Source: Patescibacteria group bacterium (lineage in GTDB: Bacteria; Patescibacteriota; Microgenomatia; PFEM01; JAHIFH01). Taken from it: 47,373 bases of DNA. Made by a program: the position numbers and the translations under genes. The stretch spans positions 1 through 47,373 of the forward strand of contig JAHIFH010000012.1 of the NCBI GenBank assembly GCA_018900995.1, given 5' to 3'. The stretch's first letter is position 1. The number at the start of each line of letters is the position of its first letter. Under the pieces are notes generated by a model. The model was not told the origin of the DNA, searched no databases, and worked only from the letters and a program-made list of their open reading frames with translations. Of the stretch, positions 15,292-24,025 are shown in pieces.

Positions 15292-16964
15292 AATGTTTCT
15301 ACCACCCGATAAGCTACTTTGCCGTCAAGAAAATGTATTGTTTTTAAAACTTTTGCTCCGGGTGTTCGGGCAATATCATCAAGCGGCAGCTCGAACTCGT
15401 CACCAATAAAAAGATAGTTTTGGCGATTTCTGTCTTCTGGCCAATAAATATTTCTGAATTCGATGTTATCAACATTCTCAACTAAACCAACATCACCCCA
15501 AGGGTCTTCTTTTAAATAGGCTTGAGGCTGATAATCTTTAGGCGGATATTTGGTGTAAAAAAGATAAAAGATATACGGCTGACCATATTCTTGAGTTACC
15601 ACTACTTTCTTATACTTTTCTTTCCCCTCTTCAATTATATTGGCTACCTCTTCCATGCCATAATTCCAACCCGCAGAGTTTTTCTTGGGAAAATGAATAT
15701 AGTAAAGATCAAAATAAAGGGTCAAACAAAATAGATAACCACAGACAATCAAAAAAACTCCGATTAACGAAAACCGCTTAAATCTTTTCTTAAGCCATAA
15801 GTAAAAAACACATATTCCCATGGCAGTAAAAATTATTAAAGGAATGACCATCCAATATGACCTTAATCCATGAACAGCATCCCGGGTGACAGCCGCAGGG
15901 ACCGGGCCAGTAATTAGCCACCAAAAGAAAAGGTTCTTTTCTCGGCTTTTTTCTTTTGCCAAAGCATATCCTATTCCAACAATAAGAAAAGGGATTTCAA
16001 TATAATACATCATTCCCATATAAGGAGCGCTATGTCTAGGCGACTGCCAGTCACCTTCAAAAAAGAGAAATTTTCCCGTAAAGTGATTAAAGTAGCGATC
16101 GGCAATCCAGCGCATCTTGTTTAAAGCCTCATTGTGGAAAAGATAAAAACTCAAATTGGGAAACGTTTCTTCCTGAGAGATAATTTCTGCCACTTCTTCC
16201 TCAGACCTCGTATAAGAAAAAAGACTTGTCACTCTGGCTCTTCTCGCACTGCCTTTAAACGAAAGCAATAAAGGAAACAGGAGGAAAATAAGCAAGAGCA
16301 ATCCAATTATCTTTTTCTTCTTTGGTAAACTCAGTAAATTTTGCCAAAAAATTGCTAATGCCCCACCCAGAAGAACAATTAAGAACACCTTCGCTCCGTG
16401 ATAAATGTTCATGGAAACCGCAAAAAAGAAAAAGGTGAGCAAGAAAAATTTGAGTGCTTTTGTTTGAATGGCTTTTAAAAAGAAAATAATCCCTAAAACA
16501 ATGGTGAAAAGAGCTAAATTAACTTCCCAAGCCCCTCGAGAAAAATTAATGTTCCAAGGCGAAATCGCTAAAAGTAAAGAAGAAAGATAAGGAAGATAGG
16601 TAAACTCTTTTCTTTTGGCAAAAAGCATCTTAGTTAAGAAGAATATGGCTATTACTGTGCCAACACCAGCTAAAGCAGAGGGAAACCTAATGGCAAATTT
16701 TGTTAAACCAAAAATAGCTACCGAGGGAATGATATAGTAAAAAAAGAATCCAGGTTTGTCATCGCCAAAAGACTTAAAAGTAAGGGGTAGTAACTTTCCA
16801 TATTCGTCTTTGCCGGTTTTCAAAATTGAATAAGCGTTATAGCCTACGGCTGGCTCATCCCAAGTTATTCCAACAGGATATTCGCCAAGCTTATAGACTC
16901 TTAAAGAAAATGCCAAAATGGCAATCAAAATCAGTGGCCAATATTTTTTTAGAAATTCTTTCAT
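15288..16964 (-). CDS. GT39/PMT_2-type polytopic glycosyltransferase, paralogue 2
   Basis: ITWDEPAVGYNAYSILKTGKDEYGKLLPLTFKSFGDDKPGFFFY and the C-terminal QPYIFYLFYTKYPPKDYQ. Confidence 0.85.
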   Translation of the reverse strand: MKEFLKKYWPLILIAILAFSLRVYKLGEYPVGITWDEPAVGYNAYSILKTGKDEYGKLLPLTFKSFGDDKPGFFFYYIIPSVAIFGLTKFAIRFPSALAGVGTVIAIFFLTKMLFAKRKEFTYLPYLSSLLLAISPWNINFSRGAWEVNLALFTIVLGIIFFLKAIQTKALKFFLLTFFFFAVSMNIYHGAKVFLIVLLGGALAIFWQNLLSLPKKKKIIGLLLLIFLLFPLLLSFKGSARRARVTSLFSYTRSEEEVAEIISQEETFPNLSFYLFHNEALNKMRWIADRYFNHFTGKFLFFEGDWQSPRHSAPYMGMMYYIEIPFLIVGIGYALAKEKSREKNLFFWWLITGPVPAAVTRDAVHGLRSYWMVIPLIIFTAMGICVFYLWLKKRFKRFSLIGVFLIVCGYLFCLTLYFDLYYIHFPKKNSAGWNYGMEEVANIIEEGKEKYKKVVVTQEYGQPYIFYLFYTKYPPKDYQPQAYLKEDPWGDVGLVENVDNIEFRNIYWPEDRNRQNYLFIGDEFELPLDDIARTPGAKVLKTIHFLDGKVAYRVVETL

Positions 16965-16991
16965 TTTGAGCCTGCGAAAAACAAGCTTTGC

Positions 16992-18653
16992 TTATCTTTC
17001 TAAAATCTCAAAAGCCGAACTACCATCAAGAAAATCAATTGTTTTTATTTTACTCCATCCCTCCGGATAATTCCCAGGGCTAGTAATCAGCAAACTCCTG
17101 GCTCCTGACTCCTGGCTCCTGACTCCTGAAATTTCCCAGTCATTAACAAAGACAAACTTATCAAAAGAATCAACCCAATACCAATCGGTCTTAAAATAAC
17201 GGATTAAATAAGGATCGCTGCGATATTTTTCGGGATCCCATTTCAAATAAAAAAGCAAAAATTCATGGGGTTCACCATACTTCTTGGTAATGAAAATTTT
17301 ATCGTAGTCATTGTAGTGAGACTGAATGTAATTAGCCACTTCTTTATAGCCATATTGCCAAGACCATGAGTAGTCTTGGCGATAGGAGCCGAAATAGGCG
17401 TTTAAATAACTAAAAAACGAAATGAAAATTGTTAAAAGAAAAGCAACTAACAAAATTTGCCCTGTTTTTTTTCTTTTTTGAATGAAAAGAGTCAGCTGAA
17501 AAACGCCAAGAGCGCTTAAAATCTGAGGCAAAGGAAGGATGGTCGAAGCTCTGATAACATGACTCCCTCCGCGAGTCAACGCCGCTGGGATTGGCGCCAG
17601 AAGAAGCCAAAGTAAAACCGCCTGGGCAAATTTTTTCTTTTTAATCAATACCCAAAAGACTAAAAAGCCAAGCCCGAGGTAGAAAAAAGGCATCTCAACC
17701 GGATATAAAACCCCCCTTCCTGGAACACTGAACTGATACTGAGTTCCTCCCTTGAAAAAAAGAAACCGAGGAGAAAAATAGCCAAGATAATTAATAAAGA
17801 AATGGGTTAAAAAATATGTTGGTCGATTATAAACTAAACGAGTTAAAAATTCGGGTAGATTTGATTGAAGCCGGTCCTCAATAATCTGATTAATTGCCCC
17901 TTCATCAATAATTGAAACCCAGTGGGCTCTGGCTCGGCCCTCAGAGCCTAGGAGAATAGGTACTAGGGGAACAAAAAAGACTAAAAGCAAAAGGATCGCT
18001 ACTATCAGATAAATCCTTTTCTTTTGCCACCATCTTTTCCATTCATCTTGATAAAGAAAAGCTAAGGCAACAATTAACAAGGGAACGAAAATCCGAGCAT
18101 TATGATAAGAATAAACTGAAATTCCTAACGCCAAAGCCGCCAAGGGTAAAAAGAACGCTCTTTTCTTTCGATGAAAGAAAAGAGCCATTCCTGTGGTAAT
18201 AAAAAATAAACTAACGTTTGACTGAACCACAAATCTCGAAGGAAACAAAGTCCAGGGGCTAATTGCCACCAGCAAAGCCGCAAGAAGACTAATTCCAACA
18301 CTAAATCCTATCCCCTGAGCAAGAAAAAAACAAGCAAGGATGGTTAAAGCCCCCATAAAAGCATGTGGAGCCCGAATTCCAAACTCGTTTAAACCAAATA
18401 ACGAAATGCTAGGAATAGTAATGTAAAGATTAACTGGCAAGGGATAATCACCGTAGGCACGAAAATTAGCCAGGGGCATAAATTGACCCCACTCATCCTT
18501 ACCGTTTTTCAAAATTGAATAAGCGTTATAGCCGTGACTGACTTCATCCCAATTTAAAGCCGGGGGCATGGTGGCTAAATTGAAAAACCTTAAGATTAAA
18601 CCTAAAAAGAAGATTAAAATAATCAGAGTGAAATGAATTTTTCTCTTAGCCAT
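16992..18653 (-). CDS. GT39/PMT_2-type polytopic glycosyltransferase, paralogue 3
   Basis: LNWDEVSHGYNAYSILKNGKDEWGQFMPL and the C-terminal EPHEFLLFYLKWDPEKYR. Confidence 0.85.
   Translation of the reverse strand: MAKRKIHFTLIILIFFLGLILRFFNLATMPPALNWDEVSHGYNAYSILKNGKDEWGQFMPLANFRAYGDYPLPVNLYITIPSISLFGLNEFGIRAPHAFMGALTILACFFLAQGIGFSVGISLLAALLVAISPWTLFPSRFVVQSNVSLFFITTGMALFFHRKKRAFFLPLAALALGISVYSYHNARIFVPLLIVALAFLYQDEWKRWWQKKRIYLIVAILLLLVFFVPLVPILLGSEGRARAHWVSIIDEGAINQIIEDRLQSNLPEFLTRLVYNRPTYFLTHFFINYLGYFSPRFLFFKGGTQYQFSVPGRGVLYPVEMPFFYLGLGFLVFWVLIKKKKFAQAVLLWLLLAPIPAALTRGGSHVIRASTILPLPQILSALGVFQLTLFIQKRKKTGQILLVAFLLTIFISFFSYLNAYFGSYRQDYSWSWQYGYKEVANYIQSHYNDYDKIFITKKYGEPHEFLLFYLKWDPEKYRSDPYLIRYFKTDWYWVDSFDKFVFVNDWEISGVRSQESGARSLLITSPGNYPEGWSKIKTIDFLDGSSAFEILER
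17095..17129. repeat. Heptamer tandem array CTCCTGR x5
   Basis: ctcctgg ctcctga ctcctgg ctcctga ctcctga. It encodes SGVRSQESGARS. Confidence 0.9.
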
Positions 18654-18662
18654 TTTGCCACT

Positions 18663-19310
18663 TCAAATCACTAAACTTAAACTAAAAGTCAAAAACAAAA
18701 GGAACAAATAAGAAATGATAAAGCCCTTATCAGTAAATAATCTAGAAGTAAAATCTTTAATCGTTTCTCTAATCACATTCTTTTTCGAGCCGGGATAATA
18801 ATAACTAACAAAGCGTAGTTCACCAACAGCACTTTTATCATTAAGAATCATCTCTCCTTCTGAATAGACATCTTTGGGGGAATGAAAAATTTCGACTGCG
18901 TCGAATACGGTTGAAGAAGGCGACTCAAGGTAAAAATAATAACTTTTTCCCGCTGAGTCCGAAATTGGCTCAAACTGAAATCTCACTGAGCCTGGATCGC
19001 CGACATTAAGACCACTGATTTGGATTTCTCTTAAATCACGGTCAGTACCCATCTCCCTTAGGTGAAAAACAATTGGTTGTTCATTTTTTAACATCGCATT
19101 TCTTAAATCAAGAACAATAATATTCAAATTATCTTTATTAGCAACAAAAGTCTGTCCTACTTTCCTATCCTCATAAATTTGATAAAGGTAATCACCACTT
19201 GTCTGGGCAATATCAACTCTTTTCCTTATCCCAAAAACAGAAAATAATAAAACAACCAACAATGCTGTTACCAAAATAAGAATAACTTTTAGCCAGACTT
19301 TCTTATTCAT
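18663..19310 (-). CDS. Hypothetical bitopic membrane protein with an extracytoplasmic beta-rich domain
   Basis: N-terminal and C-terminal hydrophobic helices flank about 160 aa. 8-nt overlap with the upstream gene. Confidence 0.5.
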   Translation of the reverse strand: MNKKVWLKVILILVTALLVVLLFSVFGIRKRVDIAQTSGDYLYQIYEDRKVGQTFVANKDNLNIIVLDLRNAMLKNEQPIVFHLREMGTDRDLREIQISGLNVGDPGSVRFQFEPISDSAGKSYYFYLESPSSTVFDAVEIFHSPKDVYSEGEMILNDKSAVGELRFVSYYYPGSKKNVIRETIKDFTSRLFTDKGFIISYLFLLFLTFSLSLVI

Positions 19311-20550
19311 TTTTCTTCAGGCTTTGCCAGCCTATCCAAAAAGCCGCTCCTGCTAAAACGCTATGTCCAAGGCTCTGAATTAGGAAAGGATCAATGATTT
19401 TTCTGTCTCTTAGTAATTCAAAAAAACTCGGTACCCCAAGAAAGCTTGGATTAACTGGAACCAATAAACCAAAAAGCTGAGCACGATCATTAAACAGAAA
19501 GACAACCCCTAAAAAGGCAAAATAGAAAACAAGCTGAGGAAAAAGAAGTGAAGGTTTTTTGACTAAAATAATCGTTAGAGGAGGCAAAATCCAGATTATC
19601 CATTGCGGATGGAAGTGGCTCAGGGAAAAAACCAACAGAAAGATTGCCAGAAAGAAAGGAATAATTCTTTCCCTTTCTGATGAAAAATGATGAAAAGCCA
19701 AAAAGAAAAGAAAGGTTAAAGCAGTCATAAAAATGATTAAATTTTCTCCAAAACCCAAAGGGATGCTAGCTAGAAATAGCCGTTGGCTCAATCCCGAAAA
19801 AAGAACTGATTGGCGAAAAGCCATTGAATTTAAGAAAGGCAAGATACTAATCACATAAGGAATGATGCCTAGAATAAAAATCATCAATCTCTCTCTTGTT
19901 TTTTTGCTTCCCAGGATAACCAAAAATGGCAAAAGCAATAAAGGATAGGTTTTGAAAGCAGCTGCCACCCCTAGGGTTAATCCTCCAAGTTTTTTTCTAT
20001 CTCTCAAAACTAAAAGGACAGCTAGTAAGACAAGAAGTGAGGGTAAAATATCAAAATGGCTAAGTCCATAAATGGCATAAAGAACAACTGGATTAAAGAG
20101 CCAAAATAAAAAGACTCTCTGTTTTTGCTTTTTCTCCTTAAAGAATTGGGTCAAAACAAAAGCCGTCACGATATCTAAGATGAGATAGGGTATTTTGAGG
20201 ACAAAAAGATAATGAAAAATTCGGGGATTAAAAATTCGCTCTGGTCCCCAATCAAAAATCCAGTTAACAAAACCACTGCCTAAAAAGGGACGAAGTAAAA
20301 TCTGGATTGATCCGAATAAGAAATAAACTAAAGGAGGGTAATTAAAAGTATCAGTATAAGGAAGGCTTTGGATGTTACCAGCCAGATATTGATAAATATT
20401 AAACACTCTTTGAGAGAGAAAGTAGAAATGAAAATGGTGGCTTTTTATATCGGGGTGAAAAAGAAACGGCATTAATAAAAATCGAATAAAAAGAGCCATC
20501 AAAAGCACTTGACCATAAAAAGATTTTAAGAATTTTTTCATCCTTTCCAT
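19303..20550 (-). CDS. Polytopic GT-C-like glycosyltransferase (DUF2029/GT87-like)
   Basis: FHPDIKSH, YPPLVYFLFG and AAAFKTYPLLLLPFL. Paralogue of 28201..29469. Confidence 0.55.
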   Translation of the reverse strand: MERMKKFLKSFYGQVLLMALFIRFLLMPFLFHPDIKSHHFHFYFLSQRVFNIYQYLAGNIQSLPYTDTFNYPPLVYFLFGSIQILLRPFLGSGFVNWIFDWGPERIFNPRIFHYLFVLKIPYLILDIVTAFVLTQFFKEKKQKQRVFLFWLFNPVVLYAIYGLSHFDILPSLLVLLAVLLVLRDRKKLGGLTLGVAAAFKTYPLLLLPFLVILGSKKTRERLMIFILGIIPYVISILPFLNSMAFRQSVLFSGLSQRLFLASIPLGFGENLIIFMTALTFLFFLAFHHFSSERERIIPFFLAIFLLVFSLSHFHPQWIIWILPPLTIILVKKPSLLFPQLVFYFAFLGVVFLFNDRAQLFGLLVPVNPSFLGVPSFFELLRDRKIIDPFLIQSLGHSVLAGAAFWIGWQSLKKNE

Positions 20551-20574
20551 TGAATTATTACCCTTCTTATATTG

Positions 20575-20664
20575 TATAATACTCGAAGAGAATTTTCGAG
20601 GTGTAAAACACCGCTGAATAATACTCGAAGAGGATTATCGAGGCACGAAGTGCCGCTGTATAAT
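20575..20664. repeat. 42-bp tandem repeat x2 plus a third TATAAT, in the divergent intergenic hub
   Basis: Unit 1 (20575-20616): TATAATACTCGAAGAGAATTTTCGAGGTGTAAAACACCGCTG. Unit 2 (20617-20658): AATAATACTCGAAGAGGATTATCGAGGCACGAAGTGCCGCTG. TATAAT follows at 20659-20664. Confidence 0.85.
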
Positions 20665-20669
20665 AAACC

Positions 20670-22343
20670 ATGATGAAAGGAAAATTGGGCCGGTTAATAA
20701 TCCTAGGAATTTTGGTTGCTCTATGTCTTGGCAATTTTATTCTCGGTATTAAGCTTAATTATCCACCTTATGAAAACGAGCTGGTCACTCTAATTAACAC
20801 CAGATTAACATTTAACAATTTGGGATTGGATCAACAATCCCGAGCAACAATTCTCAATAATATTTTAGGTGAAGAGCAATATTTTTCTGAAAAAATTTTC
20901 CCCTTAAGAAGCTGGCTTCAAGCTTTGGGCGGGACTAAAGGCATTTTTAACCTGAGGTTGGTCAACTTTATTATTTTTATTATGACCCTTATTCTCTTTT
21001 ATTTTTTCTTGAAGCAAGTTGGATGGACATCACCAATCACCCTTTTTCCCCTTATTTCAATTACAATCTCTCCTCTATCACTTTCTCTCTGGTTATTTAG
21101 ACCAAAAATTTGTTTAACCATTTTTCTTCTTATTTCTTGGCTACTTATCTGGTCTAGAAAAGAAAGAAAATTCATTCATGACATTTTTTGGGTAATAAAT
21201 ACCCTTCTTCTCTTTTACTCATCGTTTCAAGGATTAATAATTGGCCTTTTACTCTTGACTCCTATAACGCTGTTTAGATTCTACCGAGCCAAAAAATACT
21301 CTATTTTTTTGACTTTAGCCATCTTAGTGCTCTTCTTAATAATTCCTATTATTAAAAATCCTCTTTTTAAAAAAAGCTTAACTCAGTCAGCACCTTTTAA
21401 TGCCGTCAATCCAACTCAAGTCGGGCAGCAAATAACCGAGAGATTTACTCAAGAAGATGGTCTCCAGGTAAGGGTCATTTTTCCTCTTTTGTTCAGAAGA
21501 ATGGGATACAATAAAATTTTCTTCGCCTATCGAAATTTCACCAAGGAAGTTCTAAATTTTTTTGATCTAGAGACACTCTTTTTCCAAGAAGTTCATCCAA
21601 TGCAACAAAAATCTGAGGTCACATTTTATTGGCCCGAAATTTTTGTCTTTCTTGTTGGCATTTTTTGGTTTATTAAAAGCGGTTTTGGAAAAAAACAAAA
21701 AAATTTACTATTTCTAATTTTTTTGTCATTCATTTTTCATCTTTTTACTCAAAACGACACATTTGCCGGAAGATACGCCTTAACTCTCTTTACTCTGGCT
21801 ATTGTTATTGGAATAGGTTTTAAACAAATGCCACGAGGCTTATCTTTGATTATTCTTCCTCTTATTATCTGGGCAATTTATATCAACACTTATGATATCC
21901 TTAAAAGACCCCTTTTTTGGTATGACAATCGCCCCTATGTCTATGCTCAAGGAATAAAAGCAATTAAGATGATAGAAACAGAATCAGTCTCATACAAAAA
22001 TATTTATTTAACTTCTCTTGTTGGCAATCCAAAAATTTACTATTTTTACTATTTCTCACCCCAACCTGAACTCTTTCTCAAAGATCCCCTCTTCATTGAA
22101 GATAAGGGTAAAATTGTCTATTTTAACAGCTTTGACCTCGTCAGTAATCTTCCTCAAAAAAATTCACTTTATTTTGGCTTTCTGGGAGAGTTCATCGGTC
22201 CCAATTCTTTAAACGAATTTTCTGAGCAGGACATCAATAAAATAGAACCAATCGGGCTCAAGATAGAAAAGGTTTGGAAACTCGATAATACAATTGCTTT
22301 TCGCTACAGTGATTATTTTGTTCTTGCCTCATTGAAGGAATAA
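20670..22343 (+). CDS. Divergent GT39-like polytopic membrane paralogue lacking the DE/GYNAYS loop motif
   Basis: Same length class (557 aa) and a related C-terminal domain (KIYYFYYFSPQPELF). Loop 1 reads PPYENELVTLINT instead of xDExxxGYNAYS. Confidence 0.55.
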   Translation: MMKGKLGRLIILGILVALCLGNFILGIKLNYPPYENELVTLINTRLTFNNLGLDQQSRATILNNILGEEQYFSEKIFPLRSWLQALGGTKGIFNLRLVNFIIFIMTLILFYFFLKQVGWTSPITLFPLISITISPLSLSLWLFRPKICLTIFLLISWLLIWSRKERKFIHDIFWVINTLLLFYSSFQGLIIGLLLLTPITLFRFYRAKKYSIFLTLAILVLFLIIPIIKNPLFKKSLTQSAPFNAVNPTQVGQQITERFTQEDGLQVRVIFPLLFRRMGYNKIFFAYRNFTKEVLNFFDLETLFFQEVHPMQQKSEVTFYWPEIFVFLVGIFWFIKSGFGKKQKNLLFLIFLSFIFHLFTQNDTFAGRYALTLFTLAIVIGIGFKQMPRGLSLIILPLIIWAIYINTYDILKRPLFWYDNRPYVYAQGIKAIKMIETESVSYKNIYLTSLVGNPKIYYFYYFSPQPELFLKDPLFIEDKGKIVYFNSFDLVSNLPQKNSLYFGFLGEFIGPNSLNEFSEQDINKIEPIGLKIEKVWKLDNTIAFRYSDYFVLASLKE

Positions 22344-22351
22344 ATTAGAAA

Positions 22352-24025
22352 ATGAAAAAAACTCTAAAAATATTATTGGTAATTGGCGGATTATTAAGTA
22401 TCATCTTGACCTCTCTTTACTTGAGAATCTCCTGGTTGGAAATTTCCCCTCATACGGTTGGTTTCGATGAAGCTGCTTTAGGGTATAACGCCTATTCCCT
22501 TTTAAAAACTGGTAAAGATGAACACGGACGAGGCTACTCTATTTCTCTGGCTTCATTTAACGATTACAAGCCCGCCCTTTATGCTTACTTAAGTATGCCT
22601 TTCATTAAATATATGGGGTTGAACCAGACCTCAACCAGAATTGTCTCTGGTATAGTTGGTACTGCCACCTTATTGTTTATATTTCTTATTAGCTACAATT
22701 TCTTTTCTAGAAATCTACTAATAGCCTTTTTCACCTTATTAATTGCTGCCATTCAACCATGGAATCTCCATTATTCCCGCACTGCCTTTGAGTCTAACTT
22801 GTGTACTACTTTTTTTACCGCTGGCGTTCTTTTAATTTTAATTAATCGAGGAATCAAAAGTGAGCTAGCGGCGGTTTTCTTTTTTGTCCTCTCTATGTTT
22901 AGTTATCACCAAGCTCGATTAGCCGCACCAATATTCCTCTTGTTTTATCTCCTCATTAAAATTAGCAAAAAAAGAGGGTTTAAATTCTCATTAAATAACT
23001 TAATCAAGCTTGTAATTCCATTAATTGTTCTTTTGATTATCACTCTACCTATTTGGCTAAACTTAAAAGAAGGCTTAATTCTTGCCCGCCTAAGGCAAGA
23101 AAGCGCCCTAAAGAGACTGTATCCTTATTCTCCACCTGAACTCGTCAATCCCCAAAACATCTGGCTCACGTTTCCCGCCCACCCTCTCTACTATTTGCTG
23201 GCGAATTTTGTTGGTCATTTTTTTGCCTACTTTTCACCAATCAACTTAGGTTTAAAACTTTTTCATTGGGTGAGAAACTCTCCTCAAAATATTGCCACCT
23301 TCAGCATGATTGGTTGGGGAGAATGTCTCTTTTTTCTTCTTGGTCTCTTCTATTTAATTAAACACTGGCAGAAAAGAAACAACATGATTTTTCTCGCCTG
23401 GATAATTAGTGGAATTACCCCAGCGGTCGTTACTTGGAACTGGTTTCATCCCCTAAGAAGTTTAGCTATTTATCCAGCCATAACTATTATTTGTGTGTTG
23501 GGAATGGTCATTATTTTTAAACTTATGCCTCGGCCAATGAGGATAATTACTCTCATAGGCTTCACAATTTTATTCTTGATGCAGGCTTCTTATGTCATTA
23601 ATAATGAATTGGTCTACAATGTTTATGAATCTCACGGCGAATACCAACCTGGAGGATTTAAAGAGGGCGTTCCTGAATTAGCCAAGATCCAAGACGACTA
23701 TGATAAAGTCATTATTGAAACTCCCCACGCCCAGGGCTATATTTTCTTCCTCTTTTACCAATCTTTTCCCCCAGAAATTCTTCAACAATTTACCAAGAAT
23801 CGCAAGCTCCCAGGTACTGAAGGCGATCTCAGCTTTAATTTCTATAAATATGAATTCAGAAAGATATATTGGCCAGAAGACAAAAAATTGAGACGGACGA
23901 TTTTTTGGGGTTCTAATCTAAGCCTACCAATTGATGAGATTTCAAAAGAGCCAGGTGTTAAAATGATAAGGGATTATCATCATGTTGCGGGTAATCCCGC
24001 GGCAGTAATGGTTGTCAAAGATTAA
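22352..24025 (+). CDS. GT39/PMT_2-type polytopic glycosyltransferase, paralogue 4
   Basis: VGFDEAALGYNAYSLLKTGKDEHGRGYSISLASFNDYKPALYAY and the C-terminal QGYIFFLFYQSFPPEILQ. Confidence 0.85.
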   Translation: MKKTLKILLVIGGLLSIILTSLYLRISWLEISPHTVGFDEAALGYNAYSLLKTGKDEHGRGYSISLASFNDYKPALYAYLSMPFIKYMGLNQTSTRIVSGIVGTATLLFIFLISYNFFSRNLLIAFFTLLIAAIQPWNLHYSRTAFESNLCTTFFTAGVLLILINRGIKSELAAVFFFVLSMFSYHQARLAAPIFLLFYLLIKISKKRGFKFSLNNLIKLVIPLIVLLIITLPIWLNLKEGLILARLRQESALKRLYPYSPPELVNPQNIWLTFPAHPLYYLLANFVGHFFAYFSPINLGLKLFHWVRNSPQNIATFSMIGWGECLFFLLGLFYLIKHWQKRNNMIFLAWIISGITPAVVTWNWFHPLRSLAIYPAITIICVLGMVIIFKLMPRPMRIITLIGFTILFLMQASYVINNELVYNVYESHGEYQPGGFKEGVPELAKIQDDYDKVIIETPHAQGYIFFLFYQSFPPEILQQFTKNRKLPGTEGDLSFNFYKYEFRKIYWPEDKKLRRTIFWGSNLSLPIDEISKEPGVKMIRDYHHVAGNPAAVMVVKD

